A stretch of DNA of 64,000 nt from an uncultured Candidatus Rokubacteria bacterium. GTDB taxonomy: Bacteria > Methylomirabilota > Methylomirabilia > Rokubacteriales > DASRDR01. This document shows positions 31,375 to 41,623 of the stretch, in pieces; position 1 is the stretch's first letter, and every line of letters starts with the position of its first letter. The notes below the pieces were generated by a model. It was not told the DNA's origin. It searched no databases and was given only the letters and a program-made list of their open reading frames with translations. The stretch is taken from positions 194,162 through 258,161 of the forward strand of contig CAVPSB010000022.1 of the NCBI GenBank assembly GCA_963708025.1, given 5' to 3'. Position numbers and translations under genes: made by a program.

Positions 31375-34025
31375 GGCGATCGTCCGAGGGGGGCTTGGCC
31401 CGGCTTGCCGAGGCGGCGCGATGCCACGGGCTGTGGGCAGTCCTCGTGGCCCTCGTCACGGCCGTCACCGCGGAGGCCGCGACGGCCGAGGGTCCGCCGG
31501 TCCCCCGCGGCCTTCACCAGAAGGCTCTCTCGCAGGGAACGGTGCGGGTCGTCGTGCGGCTCGCGGCGCCGCTCGTGCCCGAGGACGACCTCCCCGACGT
31601 CTCGAGCGTGCAGCGGCAGCGCCAGGGAATCGCGGCGGCACAGGGTGCGGTGGCCGCGAGGCTCCACGGCACGGTCCACCGCCTCATCCACCGGTACCGC
31701 ACGGTTCCCTTCGTGGCGCTGGAGGCATCCGGCGACGCCTTGCGCGCCCTGGAGTCCCGGCCCGGGCTCGTCCTGAGCGTGGACGAGGACCTGGTCGCGA
31801 AGCCGCTCCTGGCAGAAAGCGTCCCGCTTGCGGCCGCGCCGCCCGCCTGGAGCGCCGGCTTCGACGGCGCGGGCCTCGTGATCGCGGTGATCGACACCGG
31901 CGTGAGCGAGACCCACCCGTTCCTGGCCGGCAAGGTCGTGGCTGAGGCGTGCTTCTCGAGCACCACCGCCGGCGTGAGCAGCACGCTGTGTCCGAACGGG
32001 CAGGAGCAGCAGATCGGCCCCGGAGCCGGCGTGAACTGCGCCCTCGCGAGATGCGACCACGGCACCCACGTGGCGGGCATCGCGGCCGGAAACGGCGCGG
32101 GCGCGGGCGTGGCCTTCTCGGGGGTCGCCCGGGGCGCCAGCCTCATGGCGATCCAGGTCTTCTCCCGGTTCAACGACGCGGCGGACTGCTTTCCGTCCGC
32201 TGCACCGTGTGTCCAGGCCTACTTCAGCGACATCATCGCCGGGCTCGACCACGTCTACTCGATGCGGACGCTCGTCAACTTCGCCGCGGTCAACCTGAGC
32301 CTGGGCGGGGGCGGCTTCACGAGTCCCTGCGACACGGTGGATGCCACTCACCAGGCGCTCAAGGCCGCGATCGACCAACTGCGCTCGGCGCGCATCGCAA
32401 CGGTCATCGCCGCCGGCAACGACGGTCTCGTGGACGAGATCTCGTCGCCGGCGTGCATCTCCAGCGCGGTGAGCGTCGGCTCGACGGACGACGGATCGTC
32501 CGGAACCGTGACGGATCGGGTCTCCTCGTTCACGAATATGGCTTCGTTCCTGTCCCTGCTGGCCCCAGGCCGCTGGATCGCCTCCTCGGTGCCCGGGGGC
32601 GGGTTCGCCAACTTCGCCGGTACGTCCATGGCCACGCCCCACGTGGCCGGAGCGTTCGCGGTACTCAAGCAGAAGGCACCGGCCGCCTCCGTGAGCCAGC
32701 TCCTCGGCGCCCTCCAGACGACGGGACTTCCGGTCCTCGACCCGCCCGCCGGCCTCACCAAGCCCCGGATCCGGGTGAAGGCCGCGCTCGACAGCCTGGA
32801 CCCGATCGTCTTCCAGAGCCTGACGCCGGACGGAGCGTCCCCACAGAGGGTGGGCACCGCGGTCACGTGGACGGCGCTCGTGAGCGGTGGGACCCCACCG
32901 CTCGCCTACCAGTTCTTCGTGCGGCGGCTGGAGGACGGGGGTGGCTTCCAGGTCGTCCAGCCCTGGGGGCCGAGCGCCGCCGTCACCTTCGCGCCCCCGC
33001 TCGCTGGGACCTACGAGATCGCCGTCTGGGTCCGGAGCGCCAGCGGCAGCGCCCCGGAGGCCAGCGGGATCGCCGCGGCGTTCGCCTTCACGGCGGCCTC
33101 CGCGCCCCCGCCAGTGACGCTCCAGAGCCTGACGCCGGACCGGACCTCGCCGCAGCTCGCCGGCACCGCGGTCACGTGGACGGCGCTGGCGACCGGCGGG
33201 ACCCCGCCGCTCGCCTACCAGTTCTTCGCGCGGCGGCTGGAGGACGGGGGTGGCTTCCAGGTCGTCCAGCCCTGGGGGCCGAGCGCCGCCGTCACCTTCG
33301 CGCCCCCGCTCGCCGGGACCTACGAGATCGCCGTCTGGGTCCGGAGCGCCGGGGGCAGCGCCCCGGAGACCGGCGGGGTCGCCGCGGCGTTCGCCTTCAC
33401 GGCGGCCTCCGCGCCCCCGCCAGTGACGCTCCAGAGCCTGACGCCGGACCGGACCTCGCCGCAGCTCGCCGGCACCGCGGTCACGTGGACGGCGCTGGCG
33501 ACCGGCGGGACCCCGCCGCTCGCCTACCAGTTCTTCGTGCGGCGGCTGGAGGACGGCGGTGGCTTCCAGGCCGTCCAGCCCTGGGGGCCGAGCGCCGCCG
33601 TCACCCTTGCGCCCACGCTCGCCGGAACCTACGAGGTCGCCGTCTGGATCCGGAGCGCCGGGGGCAGCGCGCCGGAGACCGGCGGGGTCGCCGCGGCGTT
33701 CGCCTTCACGGCGGCCTCGGCGCCCCCGCCGGTGTCCCTCCAGAGCCTGACGCCGGACCGGACCTCGCCGCAGCTCGCCGGCACCGCGGTCACGTGGACG
33801 GCGCTGGCGACCGGCGGGACCCCGCCGCTCGCCTACCAGTTCTTCGTGCGGCGGCTGGAGGACGGGGGCGGCTTCCAGGTCGTCCAGCCCTGGGGGCCGA
33901 GCGCCGCCGTCACCCTCGCGCCCGTGCTCGCCGGGACCTACGAGGTCGCCGTCTGGGTCCGGAGCGCCGGCGGCAGCGCCCCCGAGGTCGGCGCCCTCGC
34001 CGCCCCGTTCACGATCGTCCCGTAG
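31371..34025 (+). CDS. Secreted S8 (subtilisin-like) serine peptidase with four C-terminal repeats
   Basis: Catalytic motifs VIDTG, HGTHVAG, AAGN and GTSMATPHVAG; signal peptide and prodomain present. Confidence 0.93.
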   Translation: MRRSSEGGLARLAEAARCHGLWAVLVALVTAVTAEAATAEGPPVPRGLHQKALSQGTVRVVVRLAAPLVPEDDLPDVSSVQRQRQGIAAAQGAVAARLHGTVHRLIHRYRTVPFVALEASGDALRALESRPGLVLSVDEDLVAKPLLAESVPLAAAPPAWSAGFDGAGLVIAVIDTGVSETHPFLAGKVVAEACFSSTTAGVSSTLCPNGQEQQIGPGAGVNCALARCDHGTHVAGIAAGNGAGAGVAFSGVARGASLMAIQVFSRFNDAADCFPSAAPCVQAYFSDIIAGLDHVYSMRTLVNFAAVNLSLGGGGFTSPCDTVDATHQALKAAIDQLRSARIATVIAAGNDGLVDEISSPACISSAVSVGSTDDGSSGTVTDRVSSFTNMASFLSLLAPGRWIASSVPGGGFANFAGTSMATPHVAGAFAVLKQKAPAASVSQLLGALQTTGLPVLDPPAGLTKPRIRVKAALDSLDPIVFQSLTPDGASPQRVGTAVTWTALVSGGTPPLAYQFFVRRLEDGGGFQVVQPWGPSAAVTFAPPLAGTYEIAVWVRSASGSAPEASGIAAAFAFTAASAPPPVTLQSLTPDRTSPQLAGTAVTWTALATGGTPPLAYQFFARRLEDGGGFQVVQPWGPSAAVTFAPPLAGTYEIAVWVRSAGGSAPETGGVAAAFAFTAASAPPPVTLQSLTPDRTSPQLAGTAVTWTALATGGTPPLAYQFFVRRLEDGGGFQAVQPWGPSAAVTLAPTLAGTYEVAVWIRSAGGSAPETGGVAAAFAFTAASAPPPVSLQSLTPDRTSPQLAGTAVTWTALATGGTPPLAYQFFVRRLEDGGGFQVVQPWGPSAAVTLAPVLAGTYEVAVWVRSAGGSAPEVGALAAPFTIVP
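32802..34022 (+). repeat. Four tandem coding repeats with 309-bp period
   Basis: CCAGAGCCTGACGCCGGAC at 32813, 33122, 33431 and 33740; copies are nearly identical. Confidence 0.95.
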
Positions 34026-34079
34026 TCGCGCGGTCGGGAGGCGACGGACCGCGCCGAGCGCGTGCAACCCGCGCGGCGG

Positions 34080-34496
34080 TCAGGACTTGAGCAGGAGCCC
34101 CTGCCCGGTCGGCAGCGTCAGGATCATTACGCCTCGAGAGGCGGCGAACTCGTCCAGCGCGCGTTTCTGCGGGCGATACCCGAGCCACCCGTAGTCGTCG
34201 AGGATGACGGGGGCGCCAGGAACGAGCTTGTCCCAGAAAAACTCGATGGCCGCGCGCTCCGGGGCGACGACGTTCATGTCGAGGGACAGGTAACACACGC
34301 TGCGGGGGTCGCGCAGGAAACCCGTGTCTTTCTCCCAGACGGTCAGGGCGTCGGCGTCGTAGGTCGGATCGCCGCGCTCGCGGCAGGTCCTCTCGAACCG
34401 GCGGACGGCTTCGTTGCCGGCCGCGAGCTCGGCCAGCTCATGCGCGACCTTCGGATCCTCGAAGAGGATGCGGGCGCCGCGCAGGAGCCTCCTCAC
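34080..34496 (-). pseudogene. Internally deleted TylF/MycF-like O-methyltransferase
   Basis: C-terminal YLSLDMN..ERAAIEFFWDKLVPG..ILDDYG..LPTGQGLL is joined directly to an N-terminal-like segment; the central SAM-binding region is missing. Confidence 0.6.
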
Positions 34497-34672
34497 CGGT
34501 CCCGAGCTCTCATCCGCTGGTGCTGGCCTCCACCCCGGGGAAAGAACGCGCCCGCAGGAGCGGGCCGGGCCGCGGGTCCGCGGCGCCGCGGCCATTCTAG
34601 CCGCGAGCAAACCGAGCAGGAAGACCTATAATCGACCGCATGCGGCCCGATGAGGTCGGAGGAGGGACGGCG

Positions 34673-35445
34673 ATGAAGGTCGTGATCCTCGCCGGTGGTC
34701 TCGGGACGCGCCTGGCCGAGGAGACCGAGATCAAGCCCAAGCCCATGGTCGAGATCGGCGGACGCCCCATCCTCTGGCACATCATGAAGCACTACGCCCA
34801 CCACGGCTTCAACGACTTCTACCTGGCCCTGGGCTACAAGGGCGAGGTGATCAAGCGCTACTTCCTCGACTACTCCACCCTCAGCGGAGACCTGACGGTC
34901 GACCTCCGCAGCGGGAAGGTGGACGTCCGCGGAGGCGACCCCGAGGACTGGACCGTGCACCTCGTCGACACGGGCTCGGCGACCCTCACCGGCGGCCGCG
35001 TCAAGCGGCTCCGCGAGCACGTCGGCGGACGCCACCTTCATGGTGACCTACGGCGACGGCGTCGGCGACGTCGACCTGGCCGACCTCCTCCGCTTCCACC
35101 GGGCCCACGGCAAGCTCGCGACCTTGACGGCCGTGCGCCCGCCGGCCCGCTTCGGCGGCCTCGTCCTCGACGGGCGACACGGTGGCCCGGTTCACCGAGA
35201 AGCCGCAGAGCGGCGAGGGATGGATCAACGGCGGGTTCCTCGTCCTCGAGCCCGGGGTCTTCGACTACCTCCACGGCGACACGACGAGCCTGGAGGCCGA
35301 CACCATGGAGCGCCTGGCGGCCGACGGCCAGCTGGCCGCCTATCGCCACGACGGCTTCTGGCAGTGCATGGACACCCTCCGCGACCTCCGGCTGCTGCAG
35401 GCCTTGTGGGAGGGGGGCAAGCCGCCGTGGCGGGTCTGGGTGTGA
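34673..35445 (+). CDS. rfbF: Glucose-1-phosphate cytidylyltransferase (frameshifts near 35030 and 35175)
   Basis: [46 protein letters not shown] and [16 protein letters not shown] at 34627 and GGAGG RBS upstream. Confidence 0.93.
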
Positions 35446-36430
35446 CCGGGACCCCCGTCTTCTGGCGCGACCGCCGGACCCTGGTCACCGGGGCCACGGG
35501 CCTCGTGGGCGGCGCGCTGGTCCGGCGGCTCCGCCAGCTCGGGGCCGACCTCGTCTGTCTCGTCCGCGACTGGGTGCCCCAGTCGGAGCTGGTGCGGAGC
35601 CGTCTGATCGAGCGAGGTGGCCACGGTGCGCGGCGACGTGCGGGACCAGGCGCTCCTCGAGCGCGTGCTCGGCGAGTACGAGGTCGAGACCGTGATCCAC
35701 CTGGCCGCCCAGACCATCGTCACCATCGCCAACCGCAACCCGGTCTCGACGTTCGAGACGAACGTGGCGGGGACCTGGGCGCTGCTCGAGGCGTGTCGAC
35801 GCAGCCCCACGGTCAAGCAGGTCGTCCTCGCCTCTTCCGACAAGGCCTACGGCGACCAGGACGTCCTCCCCTACACGGAGGACACCCCCCTGGCCGGACG
35901 CCATCCGTACGACGTCAGCAAGGCCTGCGCCGACCTGATCGCCCAGGCCTACGCCGCGACCTACCGGACTGCCGGTGGTGGTCAGCCGGTGCGGCAACTT
36001 CTACGGCGGCGGCGACCTGAACTGGAACCGGATCGTGCCAGGCACGATCCGCTCGCTGGTCCGGGGCGAGCGTCCGGTCATGCGCTCCGACGGCCAGTAC
36101 GTCCGCGACTACTTCTACGTGGAGGACGGGGCAGCGGCGTACGTGCTGCTGGCCGAGCGGCTGGGTGCCGACCCGGGGCTTCGAGGTCGCGCCTACAACT
36201 TCTCCAACGAGACGCCGGTCACCGTCCTGGAGCTCGTCCAGCGGATCCTCAGCCTCATGGGCGCCGACCTGGAGCCCGACGTGCGCAACGAGGCGACGAA
36301 CGAGATCCGGCGGCAGTGCCTGAGCGCCGAGCGGGCGCGACGGGAGCTGGGGTGGCGTCCCCTGCTGAGCCTCGACGAGGGCCTCCGCCAGACGATCGCC
36401 TGGTATCACGACTTCCTGGGAAGGCCGTGA
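35442..36430 (+). CDS. rfbG: CDP-glucose 4,6-dehydratase-like enzyme (frameshifts near 35613 and 35968)
   Basis: [36 protein letters not shown] and [10 protein letters not shown] motifs. Confidence 0.82.
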
Positions 36431-37654
36431 GCGGCCGCATCGTCTGCCGGGCCTGCGGCGCCGACGGCCTCGCGCCGATCCTCACCCTGGGGCGGACGCC
36501 GCTGGCGAACGCGCTCCTCACGGCCGATCAGCTCGACGCCCCCGAGCCGACGTACCCGCTCGACCTGGTCCGCTGCCCGGACTGCACGCTGGTCCAGATC
36601 ACGGAGACGGTGCCCCCGGAGGTGCTGTTCCGGCGGTACCCGTACTTCTCATCCGTCTCCGAGACGTTCCTGGGCCACGCCTCAGGCCCTGGCGGAGCGG
36701 CTGGTGGTCGAGCGCCGGCTCGGGCCGGGGAGCCTCGTGGTGGAGCTGGCCAGCAACGACGGCTACCTCCTCCAGTACTACCGCCGGCACGGGGTCCCGG
36801 TGCTGGGGATCGAGCCGGCCGAGAACGTGGCGGAGGTGGCGCGCCGGGAGCGGGGCATCCCGACGCTCTCGGAGTTCTTCGGGGCGGCCCTCGCGCGCCG
36901 GCTGCGCGACGAGGGGCGCCGGGCCGACGTCCTCCACGCCCACAACGTCCTCGCCCACGTGGCCGACCTCGGCGGCTTCGTGGCGGGCATCGGTCTCCTG
37001 CTCGCCGACGACGGCGTGGCGATCCTGGAAGTGCCGTACGTGAGGGACATGGTCGACCGCTGCGAGTTCGACACGATCTACCACGAGCACCTGTGCTACT
37101 TCTCCCTGACCGCGCTCACCCGCCTCTTCGCGCGGCACGGGCTCGTCGTGCAGCAGGTGGAGCGCCTGGCGGTCCACGGCGGCTCGCTGCGGCTGTTCGT
37201 CGCCCGCGGGGGTGTCCCCGGCGAGTCGGTCGAGACGCTGCTCCGGGAGGAGAAGGGGTGGGGTGTCGAGGGGCGCGCCGTCTACCAGGGATTCGGCCGG
37301 CGGGTCGAGACCCTGATCGCCTCCATCAGGGCGCTCCTCGTGGACCTCGCGGGCCGGGGGGCGTCGATCGCCGGGTACGGCGCGGCCGCGAAGGGGGCGA
37401 CGCTGCTCAACGTCCTCGGCGTCGGCCGCGAGGTCGTGCGGTTCGTGGTGGACCGGAGCCCCCACAAGCAGGGCCGGTATCTCCCCGGGGTGCGGGTGCC
37501 CATCCTCCCGCCCGAGGCGCTCCTCGAGCGGATGCCGTCCCACGTGCTCCTGCTCGCGTGGAACCTGGCCGACGAGGTCCTGGCCCAGCAGGCCGACTAC
37601 CGTCGCCGCGGCGGGCGCTTCATCATCCCGATCCCCGAGGTCGTCGTCGTCTGA
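36427..37654 (+). CDS. NDP-hexose C-methyltransferase (frameshift near 36685)
   Basis: Zn motifs CRACG and [41 protein letters not shown] and FIIPIP. Confidence 0.9.
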
Positions 37655-37790
37655 GAGCATGTGAAGGAATGGGGTGCTCCGGCTCCCCCTCCCCCGGCCA
37701 CAGGCCGAAGGCCGTCAATCGGTGAGGGCGGGGGGCCAAAGGCTGAAGGCCGTCGAAGAATTGGGTAGGCGGGAGGTCCCAAACTGAGGA
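37652..37790 (+). repeat. Dispersed intergenic repeat, copy 2
   Basis: TGAGAGCATGTGAAGGAAT..CCCCCTCCCCC..CAGGCCGAAGGCCGTC..AGGCTGAAGGCCGTC..GGCGGGAGGTCCCAAACTGAGGA. Confidence 0.85.
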
Positions 37791-37797
37791 CGCGGGC

Positions 37798-38358
37798 GTG
37801 ACCTTCACCGAGACGCGGATCGCGGGCGCGTTCGTGATCGACCCGGACGTCTTCGAAGACGAGCGGGGGCTCTTCGCCCGCACCTTCTGCCGGCGGGAGT
37901 TCGAGGCCCACGGCCTGGATCCCGCCATCGCCCAGGGCGCCGCCTCGTTCAACGGCCGGCGCGGCACGCTGCGAGGGATGCACTACCAGGTCCCTCCTCA
38001 CGCCCAGGACAAGCTGGTGCGCTGCACCCGCGGGGCCGTCTACGACGTCCTCGTCGACCTGCGCGAGGGCTCTCCCACCTGCCACGGGTGGGTGGGGGTC
38101 GAGCTGACCGCGGTCAACCGGCGGATGCTCTACGTCCCCAAGGGCTTTGCCCACGGGTTCCTCACCCTGGAGGACGCCGCGGAGGTCGCCTACCACCTCT
38201 CGGACTTCTACGCGCCCGCGAGCGAGCGGGGCTTCCGGTGGGACGATCCGGCGATCGGCATCGACTGGCCCTTCGCGCCGGTCGTGGTCTCGGCGCGGGA
38301 CCGGGCGCTGCCCCTCCTGTCGCACGCCGGGACCACCCCCCCATGCGCGTCTTCCTGA
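37798..38358 (+). CDS. rfbC: NDP-4-keto-6-deoxyhexose 3,5-epimerase (RmlC family)
   Basis: DERGLFAR, GTLRGMHYQ, KLVRC..GAVYDV.VDLR, FAHGF and RWDDP..IDWP motifs. Confidence 0.9.
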   Translation: MTFTETRIAGAFVIDPDVFEDERGLFARTFCRREFEAHGLDPAIAQGAASFNGRRGTLRGMHYQVPPHAQDKLVRCTRGAVYDVLVDLREGSPTCHGWVGVELTAVNRRMLYVPKGFAHGFLTLEDAAEVAYHLSDFYAPASERGFRWDDPAIGIDWPFAPVVVSARDRALPLLSHAGTTPPCASS

Positions 38359-39260
38359 CCGGCGCCACCGGCTTCGTCGGCGCCCAGGCCGCCCGGGTCC
38401 TCCTCCGGGGCGGGCACGAGGTCCACGCCCTCCTCCGGCCCTCGAGCGACCGCTGGCGCATCGCGGAGGTCCTCGGGGCGCTGCGCGTGGTGGAGGGCGA
38501 CCTCGCCATGCCGGACCTCCCCGCGACCCTCGGGGCGATCCGTCCCGACGCCGCGCTACACCTGGCCTGGTACGCGGAGCCGGGATGGTACCTCGACTCC
38601 GTGGAGAACCTGGCGCACCTCGAGTGGAGCCTGCGCCTCGTCCGCGCCGTCGCCCGGTCGGGGTGCCGCCGGTTCGTGGGCGTGGGGACGTGCGCCGAGT
38701 ACGCCCCCGCCCGGGGACCGCTCGGAGAGGGGAGCCCGACGGCGCCCACGCGCCTCTACGGCGCGGCCAAGCTCGCGCTGGCCGGCGTGCTCGAGCACGC
38801 CGGTCCCGCCCTGGAGATGAGCACGGCCTGGGCCCGCCTCTTCTACCTCTACGGCCCCTTCGAGGATCCGCGCCGGCTCGTGCCCACGGTGGTCCGGAGT
38901 CTGCTCGAAGGGCGGACCGCGCGGGTCGGGGCCGGGGACCCGGTGCGGGACTTCCTGCACGTCGAGGACGCCGCGGAGGCCCTGGTCGCGCTGACGCTCG
39001 GTCCGGTCCGGGGCGCGGTCAACGTGGGCTCGGGAGTGCCGGTCACGGTGGGCGACCTCGTGACGCGCCTGGCCGGGCTCGTCCCGACCTCGGCGCGCGT
39101 GGAGATCGGCGCCCCGGGGGCGGCGACCGGGGAGCCGACCCACGTCTGCGCCGACGTCGGGCGGCTCCACCAGGAGGTCGGCTTCCGTCCCCGCTTCGAC
39201 CTGGACTCGGGGCTGCGCCAGGTCGTCGCCTGGTGGTCGGCGCGCCTGCAGGCCGCGTGA
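38343..39260 (+). CDS. NAD-dependent epimerase/4-ketoreductase
   Basis: TGATGFVG, HLAW, GTCAEY, YGAAK, RLFYLYGP and RDFLHV motifs. Confidence 0.87.
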   Translation: MRVFLTGATGFVGAQAARVLLRGGHEVHALLRPSSDRWRIAEVLGALRVVEGDLAMPDLPATLGAIRPDAALHLAWYAEPGWYLDSVENLAHLEWSLRLVRAVARSGCRRFVGVGTCAEYAPARGPLGEGSPTAPTRLYGAAKLALAGVLEHAGPALEMSTAWARLFYLYGPFEDPRRLVPTVVRSLLEGRTARVGAGDPVRDFLHVEDAAEALVALTLGPVRGAVNVGSGVPVTVGDLVTRLAGLVPTSARVEIGAPGAATGEPTHVCADVGRLHQEVGFRPRFDLDSGLRQVVAWWSARLQAA

Positions 39261-39326
39261 AGGTCATCTTGGACACCGCGGCGGGGACGCTGGTCGTCGG
39301 GGGTCTTCCGAGATCCCCCGAAGATC

Positions 39327-40490
39327 TCAAGTAAGCTCGACGAGCTCGGTGGGGATCCCGGCGGCGGCGAGCAGGGCCACACTTTCCTCGCGGTACTCGG
39401 GATTCATCAGGATCGCGCGCGTCACGCCCCGCCGCGCCAGCTCCCGGTACCCGAGGATCGGGTGGCCGGTGCCGGGCACGAACTTCCCCTGCTTGGCCGG
39501 GTTCAGGTTGACGACGCAGTCGATCAGCCGCCCCTCCGGGTCGACGAGGTTCGCGAACGTCGAGCCCTTCGCGCCCGCACCCCAGATCGCCACCCGGCCG
39601 CCCTCCCCGAGCGCGCGGACCGTCTCGATCCAGCGCGCGACCTCCCGGGCCTCGGCCTCCCTGTATCTCGCGGCGTGCGCCGCGACCTGTCCTCCCGCCC
39701 AGCCCGGCACCGGCCGCTCCGGCGGGACCGAGGCCTCGAGCCAGAGATACTGCTCACCGAACAGGCGGCGGACCGCGTCGACCCGGAACCCGGCCGCCCG
39801 CACCGACGCCGCCAGCGAGCCGGCGGAGAAGAGCGAGCAGTGCTCGTAGAAGAAGTCCCAGACGGCTCGATTCCGGAGAATCCATTCGACGCAGGGCGTT
39901 TCCAGGCATACCCGGGCCCGCGGGCGTCCCGCCAGGGCACCTCGCAACGCTCTCAGCAGCGCCAGGGGCCGCGCCACGTGCTCGATCACGTGACGGCACA
40001 CGACGACGTCGGCTGGCAGATCCGCGCTGTCGCTGCCGAAGAACTCCTGCCGGAACTCGAGCCGACCGTCGAGATCGCTGGCCGGTCCCACGTAGCTCGG
40101 GTCGAAGCCGAGTCCGCGATTCCCCGCGCCCGGGAAGGCGATCAGCCGCCGGAGGAAGCCGCCCTTCCCGCACCCGACCTCGACCACGAAGCTCTGCCGG
40201 ACAGCCGCCTCCTCCACCAGGTAGTGGGCCAGGCTGTCCAGGTACGCGGCGAACTTCGGCGAGAACTCCTGCGTGTTGTCGTAGCCGCTTCCGTAGGAGA
40301 GCAGCTCCTCGCGGAAGGCCCGGTTGAAGACGAACCCGCACGCCTCGCAGACGGCCATCTCGAGATCGCCCCGCGTCACGCGACACGCGGTCTCGACATC
40401 GTCGCAGAGCAGGTTCTGGTGAACCGGAACCCCGGACCGCCTGAGGAACACCCGCGGGTCGGCTGCACCGCAGGCGGGACAGACAGGCAT
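39327..40490 (-). CDS. SAM-dependent methyltransferase, sugar C-methyltransferase-like
   Basis: CPACG..CEACG, EVGCGKG, CRHVIEH, DFFYEHCS, WGAGAKG and KQGKFVPGTG motifs. Confidence 0.87.
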   Translation of the reverse strand: MPVCPACGAADPRVFLRRSGVPVHQNLLCDDVETACRVTRGDLEMAVCEACGFVFNRAFREELLSYGSGYDNTQEFSPKFAAYLDSLAHYLVEEAAVRQSFVVEVGCGKGGFLRRLIAFPGAGNRGLGFDPSYVGPASDLDGRLEFRQEFFGSDSADLPADVVVCRHVIEHVARPLALLRALRGALAGRPRARVCLETPCVEWILRNRAVWDFFYEHCSLFSAGSLAASVRAAGFRVDAVRRLFGEQYLWLEASVPPERPVPGWAGGQVAAHAARYREAEAREVARWIETVRALGEGGRVAIWGAGAKGSTFANLVDPEGRLIDCVVNLNPAKQGKFVPGTGHPILGYRELARRGVTRAILMNPEYREESVALLAAAGIPTELVELT

Positions 40491-40569
40491 CGACGGTAAC
40501 TTCACCACCCGCGGCCGTGGGACGTCAAGTCGGCCCTGGAACGGTGACGGGCTCCCCGCGACAGCTCGG

Positions 40570-41330
40570 TCAGGTCGGCGACGGGGGTGTCGTCGGAGCC
40601 AGCAGGCGCCGATCCTCCTCGGTCAGCGGCCGGTGCGCGGCCCGCCGGTACACCGCCCGGTAGGCCCTGGCGGTCCGCTCCCAGCTGAAGGCTTCTCGCC
40701 GTCGGCTGCCGCACCGGCGCAGCCGCTCCCGCAGATCCGCATCCGTCGCCATCCGGCCCACGGCCCCGGCGATCGCCTCGACCGAGAACGGATCGAAGAG
40801 CAGCGCCGCATCGCCGGCCTGCTCGGGCAACGACGTGACCGCCGAACAGGCGACGGGTGCCTCGTCTTCCCAAGCCTCGAGGACCGGTGCGCTGGCCGCC
40901 TCGAAGAGCGTTGGGACCACCACGAACCCCGCCAGTCGATACAGGGCCCGCAGCTCTTCCCCCGGGATCATGCCCAGGAACCGCACCTGATCGGCCAGCC
41001 CGAGCGCGGCCACCCGCCCCTCGATGCGGGGCCAGAACGCCGGGTAGCGGTGCCCGGTGCACACCAGGGGCACCACCAGGCCTTCCCGGTCCCGCAGCTG
41101 GGCCAGCGCCTCGAGCAGGCGCAGGTGATTCTTGTGCTCCCAGGTCATGGCCGGATAGAGCGCGAACGGGGCGCGCAGCCCGTACTTCTCCCTGACCGCC
41201 GCGACCGACTCCGCGGACGGAGGCGCATAGACCCGCGTCGGAGCCGCCCACGCGATGACCTGGACCTTCCGCGGGGACATCCGGTACCGGCCCACCAGGT
41301 CGTCCTTGACCCACTGCGAGGCGACAGGCG
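40570..41330 (-). pseudogene. 5'-truncated GT4 glycosyltransferase (C-terminal domain only)
   Basis: YPAMTWEHKNH, PTLFEAASAPVLEA and FSWERTA present; there is no N-terminal domain or credible start upstream of VASQWVKDDL. Confidence 0.7.
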
Positions 41331-41569
41331 GGCTCGCGTGCGCCAGCACGCGGGAGCCACGAACGCCTGCATCGCCTTCGCCAGAGCACGTTTCGGCACG
41401 GGTCGTCGGACCCCGGCGTCGCTTTCGCCGGCGCGACCCCGGGTGAGCGGAGTCTAGCGCGCCCCGGGTGGAAGCCGCAACGGCCCCGGCGCACGGCTCC
41501 GGCGCTCGGGGCCTGGGCGTGAGGCGGCCGACGCGGCGGCGAGTCACCCGTCGCCCGGGAATCGCGCCC

Positions 41570-41599
41570 TTGACTTTGCGCGCGACGCTTCCCTACAGT
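41570..41599 (+). promoter_or_regulatory. Putative sigma70 promoter
   Basis: TTGACT-N18-TACAGT, 25 bp upstream of ATG 41624. Confidence 0.55.
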
Positions 41600-41623
41600 C
41601 GCTCCCGAGTGCAAGTAGACCCG

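Noticed and set aside
29632-34022. Tandem repeats as a CRISPR array
   Set aside because: Units are ~303-309 bp, in frame and protein-coding, with no unique spacers and no cas genes.
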